Counted from the first letter of the stretch, positions 16,907-26,349 are shown. The stretch is DNA of 53,417 bases from Planctomycetota bacterium (GCA_035527355.1 DATLAR010000068.1:1-53417), one strand, 5' to 3'. Notes: generated from the sequence alone by a model not told the origin. Translations and numbers: made by a program.

Positions 16907-17197
16907 TCACGGAGCCGCCGGCCCACGCGGCGGAACCACCGGAATCGCGCCCGTGCAAAGCGGCGGCAAGGCGACGTTTTCGATGGCTCTCATTATTGCC
17001 TGCTGCAATTTGTCGGGCGCGGGCGTGAGCTTGTGGTGCAGTTGCACCATTTCTTTCAGCCGGCGTTCGGCAAACAGCGTGGCCTCGCAGTCCGGGCAGC
17101 CGGCCACATGTGCGTCGAGCAGCTCGTGAAGGTGCTGTTCCAGTTGCCCGTCTACGCAGGCGGTGATGTATTGCGAGGCTTTCTTGCAGTCGATCAC
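16907..17197 (-). CDS. small soluble zinc-binding anti-sigma factor (ZAS, zf-HC2 type)
   Basis: The track ORF 16907..17302 overlaps the sigma gene. I start it at GTG 17197, 2 nt after the sigma stop, with GAGGAA 7 nt upstream. This gives (M)IDCKKASQYITACVDGQLEQHLHELLDAHVAGCPDCEA with the H-x3-C-x2-C motif. 96 aa, no TM segment. Confidence 0.7.
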   Translation of the reverse strand: MIDCKKASQYITACVDGQLEQHLHELLDAHVAGCPDCEATLFAERRLKEMVQLHHKLTPAPDKLQQAIMRAIENVALPPLCTGAIPVVPPRGPAAP

Positions 17198-17199
17198 TG

Positions 17200-17772
17200 T
17201 TATTTCCTCAGTATGCCGTGTTGCATCGCGTATTTGTGCAGGAGCGCCCGCAGCGCGCGGCGTGCCCGCGAGAGCCTGGAGCGCACGGTGCCCACGGGGC
17301 ATCCCATTATCTCCGCGATTTCTTTATAGGAAAAACCGTCCACGTCGGACAGTAAAACGATCTTTCGCGACTCCTCGCCGATGCTGCCGAGCGCGGCCTC
17401 CACTTCCTCGTCCAGCATGCCCATCAGATCGGTCTCGCCCGATTCGCTTTCGATTGTGGTTACCAGTTTGGGCTGGTCCTTCACCCCCGGAAACTTCTCC
17501 TCGTCGAGTTCGATCGTTACCGGGCCGCGTATTCGTTTGCGATACTGGTTGATGAAAGTATTCTTCAGGATTGTCAGCAGCCACGCCTTGCAGTCCGTTC
17601 CCTCGCGAAACTTGTCGATGAATCTGTACGCCTTCAGGAAAGTGGTTTGCGTCAGGTCTTCGGCATCGGCTTCGTTGCCTGCCAGGCGAATGGCCGAGTC
17701 GTAAACTGCGTTCAGGTGCGGCAGCGCCGTTTCACGGAAGAATTTCTGCCGTTGCTTCTCGTCTGTTAGCAT
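17200..17772 (-). CDS. ECF (group 4) RNA polymerase sigma factor
   Basis: Region 2 is DAEDLTQTTFLKAYRFIDKFREGTDCKAWLLTILKNTFINQYRK. Region 4 is IVLLSDVDGFSYKEIAEIMGCPVGTVRSRLSRARRALR. Start placed at the internal ATG (MLTDEKQRQKFF); the track start 17838 is an alternative. Confidence 0.9.
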   Translation of the reverse strand: MLTDEKQRQKFFRETALPHLNAVYDSAIRLAGNEADAEDLTQTTFLKAYRFIDKFREGTDCKAWLLTILKNTFINQYRKRIRGPVTIELDEEKFPGVKDQPKLVTTIESESGETDLMGMLDEEVEAALGSIGEESRKIVLLSDVDGFSYKEIAEIMGCPVGTVRSRLSRARRALRALLHKYAMQHGILRK

Positions 17773-17880
17773 TGCATCCTCAGAGATAAAGAGAGCCTCC
17801 CTCAGAGCAACCGGGCAGCTACCGCACATGGTTAACATTTGGCGCAGGCGGATGGTTCCGGGAAAAGCGCGGCGGAAAGC

Positions 17881-18846
17881 TTACCCGCCCTGCGGCGTTT
17901 CCCTGCACAACCCCAGCCGTGCAGCATTGCGATAGTATATCCTCTCCAGCACGTTTGGCGGCAGGTGAAGCCCTCGAATGTGCACCTCGCCGCCGCCATC
18001 CGGATCGTGGATGGGCGACGGCCCGTGGTAGTCTGTTTCCCACATCATCTGGTGCACCCAATATCGCGACTCGCAGTGCCGCTGCGAAACGCCGGCCCAG
18101 ACTGTCAGGTCCGAGCCGAAGAGGATGCGATCGGCCCGCTCGATCACGAACTCGCGGGCGCGCTCCGGCTGGCGGCTCAGCTCGCGGCTTATCCACTTCG
18201 TCGCACTCGTGTCGATGAAGTAGTTTGGATACGCATCGAGCAGCCGCCCAACGTGATCGAGATGCTCGGGATCGCCGGCAAAATGTGCGCCCTGAAAGGT
18301 TACGTCAGGATGCCGGCGAACTGTATTCTCGAGTTGCTCGAAATTCTGGGGTTTTGTGCCGTACTTTTCGGCATCGGCGTAAACGGTGGCAAACCACGCA
18401 TCAGGATCGGCCACGTGCACGATGGCTCCGAGGCGCAGTTCGCCCATTCGGCGGAAAACCGGCTGGAGAAGCGCGTCGTCCAGCTTGATGCCGTATTGCA
18501 CTTTGAATGGCGGGGCGCACCAGAATTTCACCATTCGCGCGCCGGCGGCCGCGGCGTCTTCGATGAGCTTCAGGTTTGCCTTGATGAACGCAGGCGGGTC
18601 GGAGCGCTGTTGATAGTCGAGCGTGACGGCAAAGACGAAGGTTTCGGGGAAAGAGCTTTCGAGCCGGCGGATGGATGCGGAGTCGCATATGCCGGTGATG
18701 CCGCTGATGCCGTAGCGTGCGGCGGCGGTCACCAGCGTGCGTGTGTCGGCGATAGGGCCGACGTGCGTGTGAGTGTCGATGATCGGGCAGCGCACGCGCC
18801 TCGGCGGCGGTCCGAAGTCAAACAGGATGCCTGCATCCTTGGCCAA
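17881..18846 (-). CDS. amidohydrolase-family metal-dependent TIM-barrel hydrolase
   Basis: 321 aa with IIDTHTHVGP metal-binding signature near the N-terminus and HVADPDAW, FGSDL motifs later. TTG start 18846 (G-rich SD upstream); GTG 18795 is an alternative. Confidence 0.85.
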   Translation of the reverse strand: MAKDAGILFDFGPPPRRVRCPIIDTHTHVGPIADTRTLVTAAARYGISGITGICDSASIRRLESSFPETFVFAVTLDYQQRSDPPAFIKANLKLIEDAAAAGARMVKFWCAPPFKVQYGIKLDDALLQPVFRRMGELRLGAIVHVADPDAWFATVYADAEKYGTKPQNFEQLENTVRRHPDVTFQGAHFAGDPEHLDHVGRLLDAYPNYFIDTSATKWISRELSRQPERAREFVIERADRILFGSDLTVWAGVSQRHCESRYWVHQMMWETDYHGPSPIHDPDGGGEVHIRGLHLPPNVLERIYYRNAARLGLCRETPQGG

Positions 18847-18870
18847 TCGGCGCCCCCCCGTGTGGTGGCT

Positions 18871-19284
18871 CTAGAAATCGGGCTTCTCGCGGATGCTGCG
18901 CTCGCCCAGATCCCTTTCGTACATCGGATAGCGCGCACCGGGCGCGGGCGACGTGACCAGCTCGGTAACGCCGGCCACCGCACGAATTGTGCCGTTGACC
19001 ACGCCTTCCACCGATCCGACGAGCACGCCGAGAATCGGATTGTCCGATTCGGTGGCCGCGCGAGCGATCGTGCAGGGAATATCCAGCGGCGCCAGCACGA
19101 TGTTCTTTGCACCGTTGAGCAGCCGCCCTATGAAGCCCACTTTTCTGGCAGGCACAACGAACATCTCGGCAGCTTCCGGCTCCGGCTCCGGCTCTTCAAA
19201 GGCCTCGATGTCGGCCAGGGCCTCAGCCGAAACCATCACGAAAGCCGCCAGCAGAATCCACAGCAGAAGGTGTTTGTTTCTCAT
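18871..19284 (-). CDS. small secreted protein resembling the exosortase-system-associated TIGR04073 family
   Basis: 137 aa. Signal peptide MRNKHLLLWILLAAFVMVSAEA. GRLLNGAKNIVLAPLDIPCTI...GVLVGSVEGVVNGTIRAVAGVTELVTSPAP matches my memory of the family pattern (RG..N...g..EiP......G...G...R...G..E..TfP.P). GGAGG SD 7 nt upstream. Confidence 0.7.
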   Translation of the reverse strand: MRNKHLLLWILLAAFVMVSAEALADIEAFEEPEPEPEAAEMFVVPARKVGFIGRLLNGAKNIVLAPLDIPCTIARAATESDNPILGVLVGSVEGVVNGTIRAVAGVTELVTSPAPGARYPMYERDLGERSIREKPDF

Positions 19285-19328
19285 ATAGTCCTCCGTTGGA
19301 TAAAAACAGGTGTCCTCGGACCACCAAT

Positions 19329-19357
19329 ATAATATCGCGCGTTCCCACCGTCGTCAA
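19329..19357 (-). promoter_or_regulatory. sigma70-like promoter for the TIGR04073-like gene
   Basis: Minus strand: TTGACG (19357-19352), 17 nt, TATTAT (19334-19329). Confidence 0.4.
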
Positions 19358-19439
19358 CATGAATTCCCCGCCTCCTGATGCCTGGCATTGTATTTTTATG
19401 TATTGCCACGGGCCGCAGACGGGGCCGATGGCTTGGTAC

Positions 19440-19479
19440 AAAAAAGACCCGGTACCGAAGGTCCGCTAACGGTACCGGG
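19440..19479 (-). terminator. rho-independent-type terminator (second of two in tandem)
   Basis: Minus strand: CCCGGTACCG - 12 nt - CGGTACCGGG, a perfect 10-bp stem (19479-19448), followed by TCTTTTTTG (19447-19439). Confidence 0.4.
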
Positions 19480-19524
19480 AAAAGAAGGCCGGCAGGGACT
19501 TCCGGCTCCTCTTTGCTGACGAAC

Positions 19525-19566
19525 AAAAAAAAGGATAGCCGAAAACCCGAAGGGTTTACGGTATCC
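19525..19566 (-). terminator. rho-independent terminator
   Basis: Minus strand: GGATACCGTAAACCC-TTCG-GGGTTTTCGGCTATCC, about 14 bp with one mismatch and one bulge and a UUCG loop, followed by T8 (19532-19525). Confidence 0.6.
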
Positions 19567-19601
19567 CATTAAAGCGTGTCTGTAGAATCGGTCAGTAGGC
19601 T
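19525..19601 (-). ncRNA. candidate small RNA (~78 nt), family not recognised
   Basis: Bounded by a near-consensus promoter (19635-19608) and a strong UUCG-tetraloop terminator with a U8 tract (19566-19525). No credible ORF. Lies in an AT-richer 600-bp gene-free gap. Confidence 0.4.
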
Positions 19602-19607
19602 AATAGA

Positions 19608-19635
19608 AGTATACCACGAAAAACCTGAATGTCAA
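19608..19635 (-). promoter_or_regulatory. sigma70-like promoter of the candidate sRNA
   Basis: Minus strand: TTGACA (19635-19630), 16 nt, TATACT (19613-19608). Confidence 0.45.
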
Positions 19636-19807
19636 GCAGACTTTTCGTGTTTTTTTCCACGAATCTCCGGCGCGACAAGCCCCTTTGCATCGTAACGCAT
19701 TGCGGCATCGGTACTTGCAAGTACCGGAAACTTTTCGCCTGTAACTGGAAAAAATGGATTTTTCCTGCCTTGCCGCCCGATTAGCTCCGATAATCAGGGC
19801 TTTTTGT

Positions 19808-19836
19808 TTGAATGCAACCCCCGCCCATGCTATAAT
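19808..19836 (+). promoter_or_regulatory. sigma70-like promoter for the MBL-fold hydrolase / TCA gene string
   Basis: TTGAAT (19808-19813), 17 nt, TATAAT (19831-19836). AAGGAG SD lies 7 nt before ATG 19893. Confidence 0.5.
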
Positions 19837-19892
19837 GAAAAGGTGCAGGGAAATCCCCCTCGCAGACAGCTATCCGGAGAAAGGAGCCGCAC

Positions 19893-20552
19893 ATGAAACT
19901 TCAATGGTTAGGGCATTCCTGCTTCCTGATCACCGCCGCCGACGGAACACGCATCCTCACCGACCCGTACGATGTGAAATCCTACGCCGGCGCCCTCTCA
20001 TACAAGGACCTCGACGGCCTGAAGGCCGATATCGTGACGGTGAGCCACATGACGCACCCCGATCATAATCATCTCGATGCGATCGGTGGGCCGCGGCGGG
20101 TGGTGAAGAAAGCCGGCGACCACGTCATCGGCAATATCCGGATCACCGGCGTTACATCGTTTCACGACGAGGCCAAAGGCAGCGAACGCGGCATGAACAT
20201 CATCTTCATCATCTCGGTCGACGACATCCGCATCTGCCACCTCGGCGACCTCGGCCACGTGCTCACCGAGGGTAACGCCCGTGGCATGGGCAAGGTGGAC
20301 GTATTGCTGGTGCCGGTGGGCGGCACGTATACCATCGACTCCGGCCAGGCCGACACCGTCGTAAACATCGTCAAGCCAAGCATCGCGATCCCGATGCACT
20401 ACAAAACAGATCGTTGCGGTTTCCCCATAGACGCTGTCGGGCCCTTCCTCGCCGAAAAGCAAAACGTGAAGCACCTCAAATCCGAGGTGACCATCTCCCG
20501 CGAAACGCTGCCCCAGGAAACCGAAACCTGGGTGCTCGAATATACGAAATAG
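19893..20552 (+). CDS. MBL-fold metal-dependent hydrolase (UPF0173-like)
   Basis: 219 aa. [27 protein letters not shown] is the characteristic N-terminus of the UPF0173 metallo-beta-lactamase-fold family. Confidence 0.9.
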   Translation: MKLQWLGHSCFLITAADGTRILTDPYDVKSYAGALSYKDLDGLKADIVTVSHMTHPDHNHLDAIGGPRRVVKKAGDHVIGNIRITGVTSFHDEAKGSERGMNIIFIISVDDIRICHLGDLGHVLTEGNARGMGKVDVLLVPVGGTYTIDSGQADTVVNIVKPSIAIPMHYKTDRCGFPIDAVGPFLAEKQNVKHLKSEVTISRETLPQETETWVLEYTK

Positions 20553-20565
20553 CCAAAGGATCAGT

Positions 20566-21654
20566 ATGGCACATAAGGTAACGTTGATACCTGGAGACGG
20601 CGTGGGGCCGGAGATCGCCGAGGTGGCGAAAAACTGCATCGATGCCACCGGCGTAAGAATCGATTGGGAAATCGCCGAGGCCGGCAGCGAGGCTCACCAG
20701 AAAACCGGCACTCCCCTCCCGCCCGAAACCATCGAATCGGTGCGGCGAAACAAGGTGGCCCTCAAGGGGCCTGTAACCACGCCCGTGGGCACGGGCTTCC
20801 GCAGCGTAAACGTGGCACTCAGGCAGGAGCTTGGCCTTTATGCCTGCCTGCGGCCGTGCAAGACCTACCAGGGCGTGAAAACATTCTTTCCGCCGGTCGA
20901 CCTCGTGGTGGTGCGCGAAAACACCGAAGACCTTTACGCGGGCATCGAGTTTGAACAAGGCACCGACTCGTGCCGCGAAATCATCGAAGCCGTGCAGCGG
21001 CTGGGCAGGAAAAAGGTGCGGCCCGACTCCGGCATCAGCATAAAGCCCATCTCCATCTCGGCCACGCGGCGGATCGTGCAGTTTGCATTCGACCACGCCC
21101 GCAAGCACGGCCGCCGGAAAGTGACCGCCGTGCACAAGGCCAATATCATGAAATTCTCCGACGGCCTCTTCCTCCAAACCGCACGCAAGGTGGCCGAGGA
21201 GAACCGCGACATCGAATTCGAAGACCGCATCGTCGACAACATGAGCATGCAACTCGTTCAGAAGCCCGAGCTATACGACGTGCTGGTGCTGCCGAACCTC
21301 TACGGCGATATCCTTTCCGACCTCTGCGCCGGGCTGGTGGGCGGCCTTGGCATTGCACCGGGCGCCAACTACGGCGACAACGGGGCCGTCTTTGAAGCCA
21401 CCCACGGCAGCGCGCCCAAATACAAGGGCCTCAACAAAGTGAACCCCACCGCGCTCATTCTATCCGCCGTGCTGATGCTCAGCCACCTCGGCGAGGAAGC
21501 CGCCGCACGCAAGCTCGAACACGCCGTGGCCGACGTCATCCGCGAAGGCCGCTACGTCACATACGATCTGAAGCCGCACCGCGACGATCCGGCCGCCGTC
21601 GGCACACGCGAAATGGGCGAGGCAATCATCAGGAAAATCCAAGGAGCAGAATAA
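20566..21654 (+). CDS. icd: isocitrate dehydrogenase, NAD-dependent type (isocitrate/isopropylmalate dehydrogenase family)
   Basis: 362 aa: [66 protein letters not shown]. The isocitrate assignment is supported by mdh and fumarase immediately downstream. Confidence 0.85.
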   Translation: MAHKVTLIPGDGVGPEIAEVAKNCIDATGVRIDWEIAEAGSEAHQKTGTPLPPETIESVRRNKVALKGPVTTPVGTGFRSVNVALRQELGLYACLRPCKTYQGVKTFFPPVDLVVVRENTEDLYAGIEFEQGTDSCREIIEAVQRLGRKKVRPDSGISIKPISISATRRIVQFAFDHARKHGRRKVTAVHKANIMKFSDGLFLQTARKVAEENRDIEFEDRIVDNMSMQLVQKPELYDVLVLPNLYGDILSDLCAGLVGGLGIAPGANYGDNGAVFEATHGSAPKYKGLNKVNPTALILSAVLMLSHLGEEAAARKLEHAVADVIREGRYVTYDLKPHRDDPAAVGTREMGEAIIRKIQGAE

Positions 21655-22578
<924 letters not shown>

Positions 22579-22584
22579 CAGCAA

Positions 22585-23427
22585 ATGCGCAATATCCCGT
22601 TTGAAACCATAGCCGAAGCCGTCGCGCAGGCCGCGGTCGACGCCGCACACCTGCTGCCCCACGACGTTCTTCACGCGCTCGAGCAGGCCCGCGAGCGCGA
22701 GCGGGCGCCACTGGCCAAGGACATCCTCGGCCAGCTCATCGAGAACGCGCGTATCGCCCGCGAAAGCCATATGCCTCTATGCCAGGACACCGGCTTGGCC
22801 GTGTTCTTCGTGCGGCTCGGCTCCCGCGTGCAGGTGCAGGGCGGCTCGCTCGCCGATGCGCTCAATGAAGGCGTGCGACGCGGTTACAGCCGCGGCTGCC
22901 TGCGGCGGTCGGTGCTTGGCGATCCGCTGCACCAGGTGAACACCGGCGACAATACGCCCGCGATCATCCATTTCGAGCCGGTGGACGGCGACGAGCTGGC
23001 CATCGATTTCATGGCCAAGGGGGGAGGCTGCGAAAACATGAGCCGCATAGCCATGCTCACCCCCGCCGACGGCCGGCGCGGCGTAATTGATTTCGTGGTC
23101 GAAGCCGTGCGCAAGGCCGACGGCAACCCGTGCCCGCCGATCATCGTGGGCGTGGGCATCGGCGGCACCTTCGAGCTTGCCGCCATCATCGCGAAAAAAA
23201 CGCTGCTCCGCCGGCTTGACGAGCACCACGCCGATCCCCACCTCGCCGCGCTCGAGCACGAAATCCTGGCCGAGGTGAACGCCCTCGGCATCGGGCCGCA
23301 GGGGCTGGGCGGCGACACCACGGCCCTCGGCGTGCACGTTGAAACCGCGCCCTGCCACATCGCATCGCTGCCGGTGGCGGTGAATATCGAATGCCATTCG
23401 CACCGCACGCGGAGAATCACGCTGTGA
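22585..23427 (+). CDS. class I (Fe-S) fumarate hydratase, alpha subunit (two-subunit archaeal/tartrate-dehydratase type)
   Basis: 280 aa: PLCQDTGLAVFFV, NTPAIIHFEPV, MAKGGGCENMS motifs of the Fe-S hydro-lyase alpha family. Confidence 0.9.
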   Translation: MRNIPFETIAEAVAQAAVDAAHLLPHDVLHALEQARERERAPLAKDILGQLIENARIARESHMPLCQDTGLAVFFVRLGSRVQVQGGSLADALNEGVRRGYSRGCLRRSVLGDPLHQVNTGDNTPAIIHFEPVDGDELAIDFMAKGGGCENMSRIAMLTPADGRRGVIDFVVEAVRKADGNPCPPIIVGVGIGGTFELAAIIAKKTLLRRLDEHHADPHLAALEHEILAEVNALGIGPQGLGGDTTALGVHVETAPCHIASLPVAVNIECHSHRTRRITL

Positions 23428-23954
23428 AAGAGCACACCATCACCACGCCGCTTTCAGACGAGGCCGTGGCCGCGATGCGCGCGGGCGACCGCGTGCTGCT
23501 GTCGGGCGTGATTTACACCGCGCGCGATGCCGCACACCGCCGCATGATCGAACGGCTTGACTGCGGCGAGCATCTGCCGATACCGGTTGCCGGGCAGGTG
23601 ATCTACTACGTGGGCCCCACGCCCACGCCCCCAGGCCGCGTGATCGGCTCGGCCGGCCCCACCACGAGCTACAGGATGGACGCATACGCGCCGCGGCTGC
23701 TCGAACTGGGCATCAAGGCCACCATCGGCAAGGGGCCGCGCTCCGCCGCAATGATCGACGCGATGCGGAAGCATCGTGCGGTATACCTCGCCGCAATCGG
23801 CGGCGCGGGCGCCCTGCTGGCCGGCTGCGTGCGCGAATGCGAAATCGTAGCGTATCCCGATCTCGGACCCGAGGCCGTGCGCCGGCTGGTTGTCCAGCTT
23901 TTCCCGGCCATCGTCGCAAACGACATCTACGGAGGCAACATCTACGTACGGTGA
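23424..23954 (+). CDS. class I fumarate hydratase, beta subunit
   Basis: GTG 23424 overlaps the alpha stop (GTGA), with GGAG 9 nt upstream. (M)KEHTITTPLSDEAVAAMRAGDRVLLSGVIYTARDAAHRRM, GPTTSYRMD, GKGPRS motifs. The track start ATG 23391 is an alternative. Confidence 0.85.
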   Translation: MKEHTITTPLSDEAVAAMRAGDRVLLSGVIYTARDAAHRRMIERLDCGEHLPIPVAGQVIYYVGPTPTPPGRVIGSAGPTTSYRMDAYAPRLLELGIKATIGKGPRSAAMIDAMRKHRAVYLAAIGGAGALLAGCVRECEIVAYPDLGPEAVRRLVVQLFPAIVANDIYGGNIYVR

Positions 23955-23979
23955 GGCCGCCCTCGCCTTCATCAAGCCC

Positions 23980-24975
23980 ATGAAATGGAATGAACTAAAG
24001 AAACTGATCGTGCCCGGCAGCTCGTGCGTGCTCACCACGCACTACTCGCTCGACGGCGACGCCATCGGATCCGAGCTTGCACTTGCGGGGCTGCTCACTC
24101 AGCTCGGCGCCCGCCCGCACATCGTCAACCACGACGCCGTACCGCGAATCTACCGCTTCCTCGATCCCGGCAACATCGCCCGTCCATTCGGCGAGCTTGA
24201 TCCTGGAATCGTGGAGAGCGCCGATCTCGTGTTCGTTCTCGACGTTTCAAACTGGGAGCGCATCGGCGAGCCCGCGCAGGCCATCCGCCGCAGCCACGCG
24301 AAAGTGATCTGCATAGACCATCACGCCACAAGCGACGGCATTGCGGATATCGATATCATAGAGCCCGCCGCCGCTGCAACCGGCATTATGATATACGACA
24401 TGATCCAGGCGTTGGGCGCGAAAATCACCCCGCCGATGGCCGCCGCCCTTTTTGTGGCAATCGCCACCGACACCGGCTGGTTCCGCTTCTCGAACACATC
24501 GCCCGCCGTTTTCAGGGCGATTGCCGGCATAACGGAAGCCGGCGCCGTGCCGGCGGAGATTTACAGCTTCGTCTACGAAAACCTCCGCTGGGAGCGCCTG
24601 CACCTGCTGAAGAGCGGCCTCGGCACGCTCAGGTCGGCGGCGGGCGGCAAGGTGGCGTGGATGACGCTTTCGCGGGGAGCTTTCGAGGAAAGCGGCGCCG
24701 ACGAGGAAGACGTTGAAGGCCTGATCGATTTCCTCCGCTCGATAGCCGGCGTGGAGGTGGCGATACTTTTCCGCGAGTCGCCCGCCGGCGTGATCCGTAT
24801 CAGCATGCGCTCGAAAAGCAGAATCGACGTCGGCCGCTTTGCCGAGCGATTCGGCGGAGGCGGCCACGCCCGAGCCGCCGGCATAAAGATGTCGGGACGG
24901 CTTTCCGACGTAACGGAGAGAGTTCTCGCGGCCGTGGATGAGCTGTTTGGCTCCAAGGCCGACGTCAATGTTTGA
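23980..24975 (+). CDS. nrnA: DHH/DHHA1 phosphoesterase (NrnA-like bifunctional oligoribonuclease / pAp phosphatase)
   Basis: Start at ATG 23980 (MKWNELKKLI). HYSLDGDAIGS, ICIDHH, ATDTGWFRFSNTS and C-terminal GGGHARAAG motifs. Confidence 0.85.
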   Translation: MKWNELKKLIVPGSSCVLTTHYSLDGDAIGSELALAGLLTQLGARPHIVNHDAVPRIYRFLDPGNIARPFGELDPGIVESADLVFVLDVSNWERIGEPAQAIRRSHAKVICIDHHATSDGIADIDIIEPAAAATGIMIYDMIQALGAKITPPMAAALFVAIATDTGWFRFSNTSPAVFRAIAGITEAGAVPAEIYSFVYENLRWERLHLLKSGLGTLRSAAGGKVAWMTLSRGAFEESGADEEDVEGLIDFLRSIAGVEVAILFRESPAGVIRISMRSKSRIDVGRFAERFGGGGHARAAGIKMSGRLSDVTERVLAAVDELFGSKADVNV

Positions 24976-24997
24976 CGGAAAACGGAGCGGAAAACCG

Positions 24998-25768
24998 ATG
25001 CCGCCCACTGCTGTCATTTCAGACATTCACGCAAACATCCACGCCCTCCAGGCCGTGCTCGCTCACATCAAGGAGCAGGGCATCGAGCGCGTCATCTGCC
25101 TGGGCGACGTGATCGGCTACGGCGCGCATCCCGCTGAATGCATCGACGCCGCACGGGCGTTTGCAGTGTGCCTGCGCGGCAATCACGAACAGGGCGTGCT
25201 GCACGACGCCTCAAAATTCAATCGCGAAGCACAGCGGGCTACGATGTGGACTCGTTCGCAGCTCAAGCCGGGGCTGCTGAGCGCATCGGCCAAAAAAGCC
25301 CGTTGGCGTTTTCTCGAAACGCTGCCGGAATCGCACCAGGAAAACGACGTGCTCTTCGTGCACGGCTCGCCGCGTAATCCCGTTTGGGAATATCTTTTCG
25401 AGATGGACTCGGCCGACCTGCTGGGCGGCATCTCCACCAAGCTTGCGGAAAACCTCTCGCTCGTGAAGAAGCTTTGCTTCGTGGGCCACACGCACGTGCC
25501 TTGCGTGATCGAGGGCACCGGCGTCTATCGGTCGAGCGCCGCGCTCGGCGGCACGTTTACTATCGAGCGCGGCTCAACGGCGATCGTGAACGTCGGATCC
25601 GTAGGCCAGCCGCGCGACAACGACCCGCGAGCCGGCTATGCAACGTGGGAAAACGATACCATCACCTTTCATCGTGTGAAATACGATGCGGCCGCCGCGG
25701 CGAAAGACATCATCGGCACCGCCGGCCTTCCGCCGATCCTCGGCGAACGCCTGCTCACCGGCATCTGA
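24998..25768 (+). CDS. calcineurin-like metallophosphoesterase (YfcE/MJ0936-like)
   Basis: MPPTAVISDIHANIHAL, CLGDVIGYG, LRGNHE, VHGSP, GHTH motifs. In-frame ATGs at 24938 and 24968 are alternative starts. I chose 24998 because of the family-typical N-terminus and GGAG 10 nt upstream. Confidence 0.85.
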   Translation: MPPTAVISDIHANIHALQAVLAHIKEQGIERVICLGDVIGYGAHPAECIDAARAFAVCLRGNHEQGVLHDASKFNREAQRATMWTRSQLKPGLLSASAKKARWRFLETLPESHQENDVLFVHGSPRNPVWEYLFEMDSADLLGGISTKLAENLSLVKKLCFVGHTHVPCVIEGTGVYRSSAALGGTFTIERGSTAIVNVGSVGQPRDNDPRAGYATWENDTITFHRVKYDAAAAAKDIIGTAGLPPILGERLLTGI

Positions 25769-25788
25769 CAAACCCGGACCTCAAGCTT

Positions 25789-26349
25789 TCATCTGCCGGC
25801 CAGGGCGTCTTTTGCGGTTTGAATCCACGGGCTGGCGGGATACGCGGCACGGAATTCCTCGAGCATCTTTTTGCCTTCGGCGGCGCGGCCGGAATTCATC
25901 AGGCACAAACCGCAGTTCAGCATGATCACATCGCCCTCGATCGCCGGGTCGTGCGTTTGCAGCACCCGCTGGTATGATTTCACTGCGAGGTCGTACTTCA
26001 GCGACAGCCGCTGGCAGTCGCCGATACCCGCCCACGCCTTGCGCTGAAGCGTAGCGCGGGGCCTCTTTTCGATGCAGCGCCGGAAAGCTTGCTCGGCCTC
26101 AGCATAGCGCTGCTGGTTCAGCCGGCACACACCCACCCAATAGCAGGCTTCGGCGGCTTCGGATGGCCGGGCGCTGATGCTCGCCTCGAATTGCCGGGCG
26201 GCGGCCTCGTAGTTGCCCGCCAGGTAATACTTCTGCCCTTCGAGGAACGCGGGGACCGGCGGCTCGTCGCGCACGGCCGAGCCGAAACAGCCCGGCAGCA
26301 AAGCAGCCGCCAGCAGAATCACGCATACCGGCATCCGGTTCATTTTCAT
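25789..26349 (-). CDS. TPR-repeat lipoprotein
   Basis: The track ORF extends to 26712 over the upstream gene. ATG 26349 (ATGA overlap with the upstream stop) gives MKMNRMPVCVILLAAALLPGC|FG (lipobox), followed by TPR-like helices (YYLAGNYEAAARQFEASI, RYAEAEQAFRRCIE). Confidence 0.8.
   Translation of the reverse strand: MKMNRMPVCVILLAAALLPGCFGSAVRDEPPVPAFLEGQKYYLAGNYEAAARQFEASISARPSEAAEACYWVGVCRLNQQRYAEAEQAFRRCIEKRPRATLQRKAWAGIGDCQRLSLKYDLAVKSYQRVLQTHDPAIEGDVIMLNCGLCLMNSGRAAEGKKMLEEFRAAYPASPWIQTAKDALAGR

Noticed and set aside
17839-19332. 497-aa plus-strand ORF
   Set aside because: It runs antisense across two well-supported minus-strand genes (amidohydrolase, TIGR04073-like) and their intergenic spacer. 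The composition is Arg/Ala/Gly-rich and it matches no recognisable family.
19467-19569. 34-codon minus-strand ORF from ATG 19569 (MGYRKPFGFSAILFFCSSAKRS...)
   Set aside because: It would be translated through both terminator hairpins, has no SD, and its sequence is determined by stem complementarity.
19615-19657. Plus-strand terminator-like hairpin CACGAAAA-N19-TTTTCGTG followed by T7
   Set aside because: The stem is AT-rich and weak with a 19-nt loop, and there is no plus-strand gene or promoter upstream for it to terminate. It overlaps the minus-strand sRNA promoter, so the T-run is probably just the AT-rich UP-like region.
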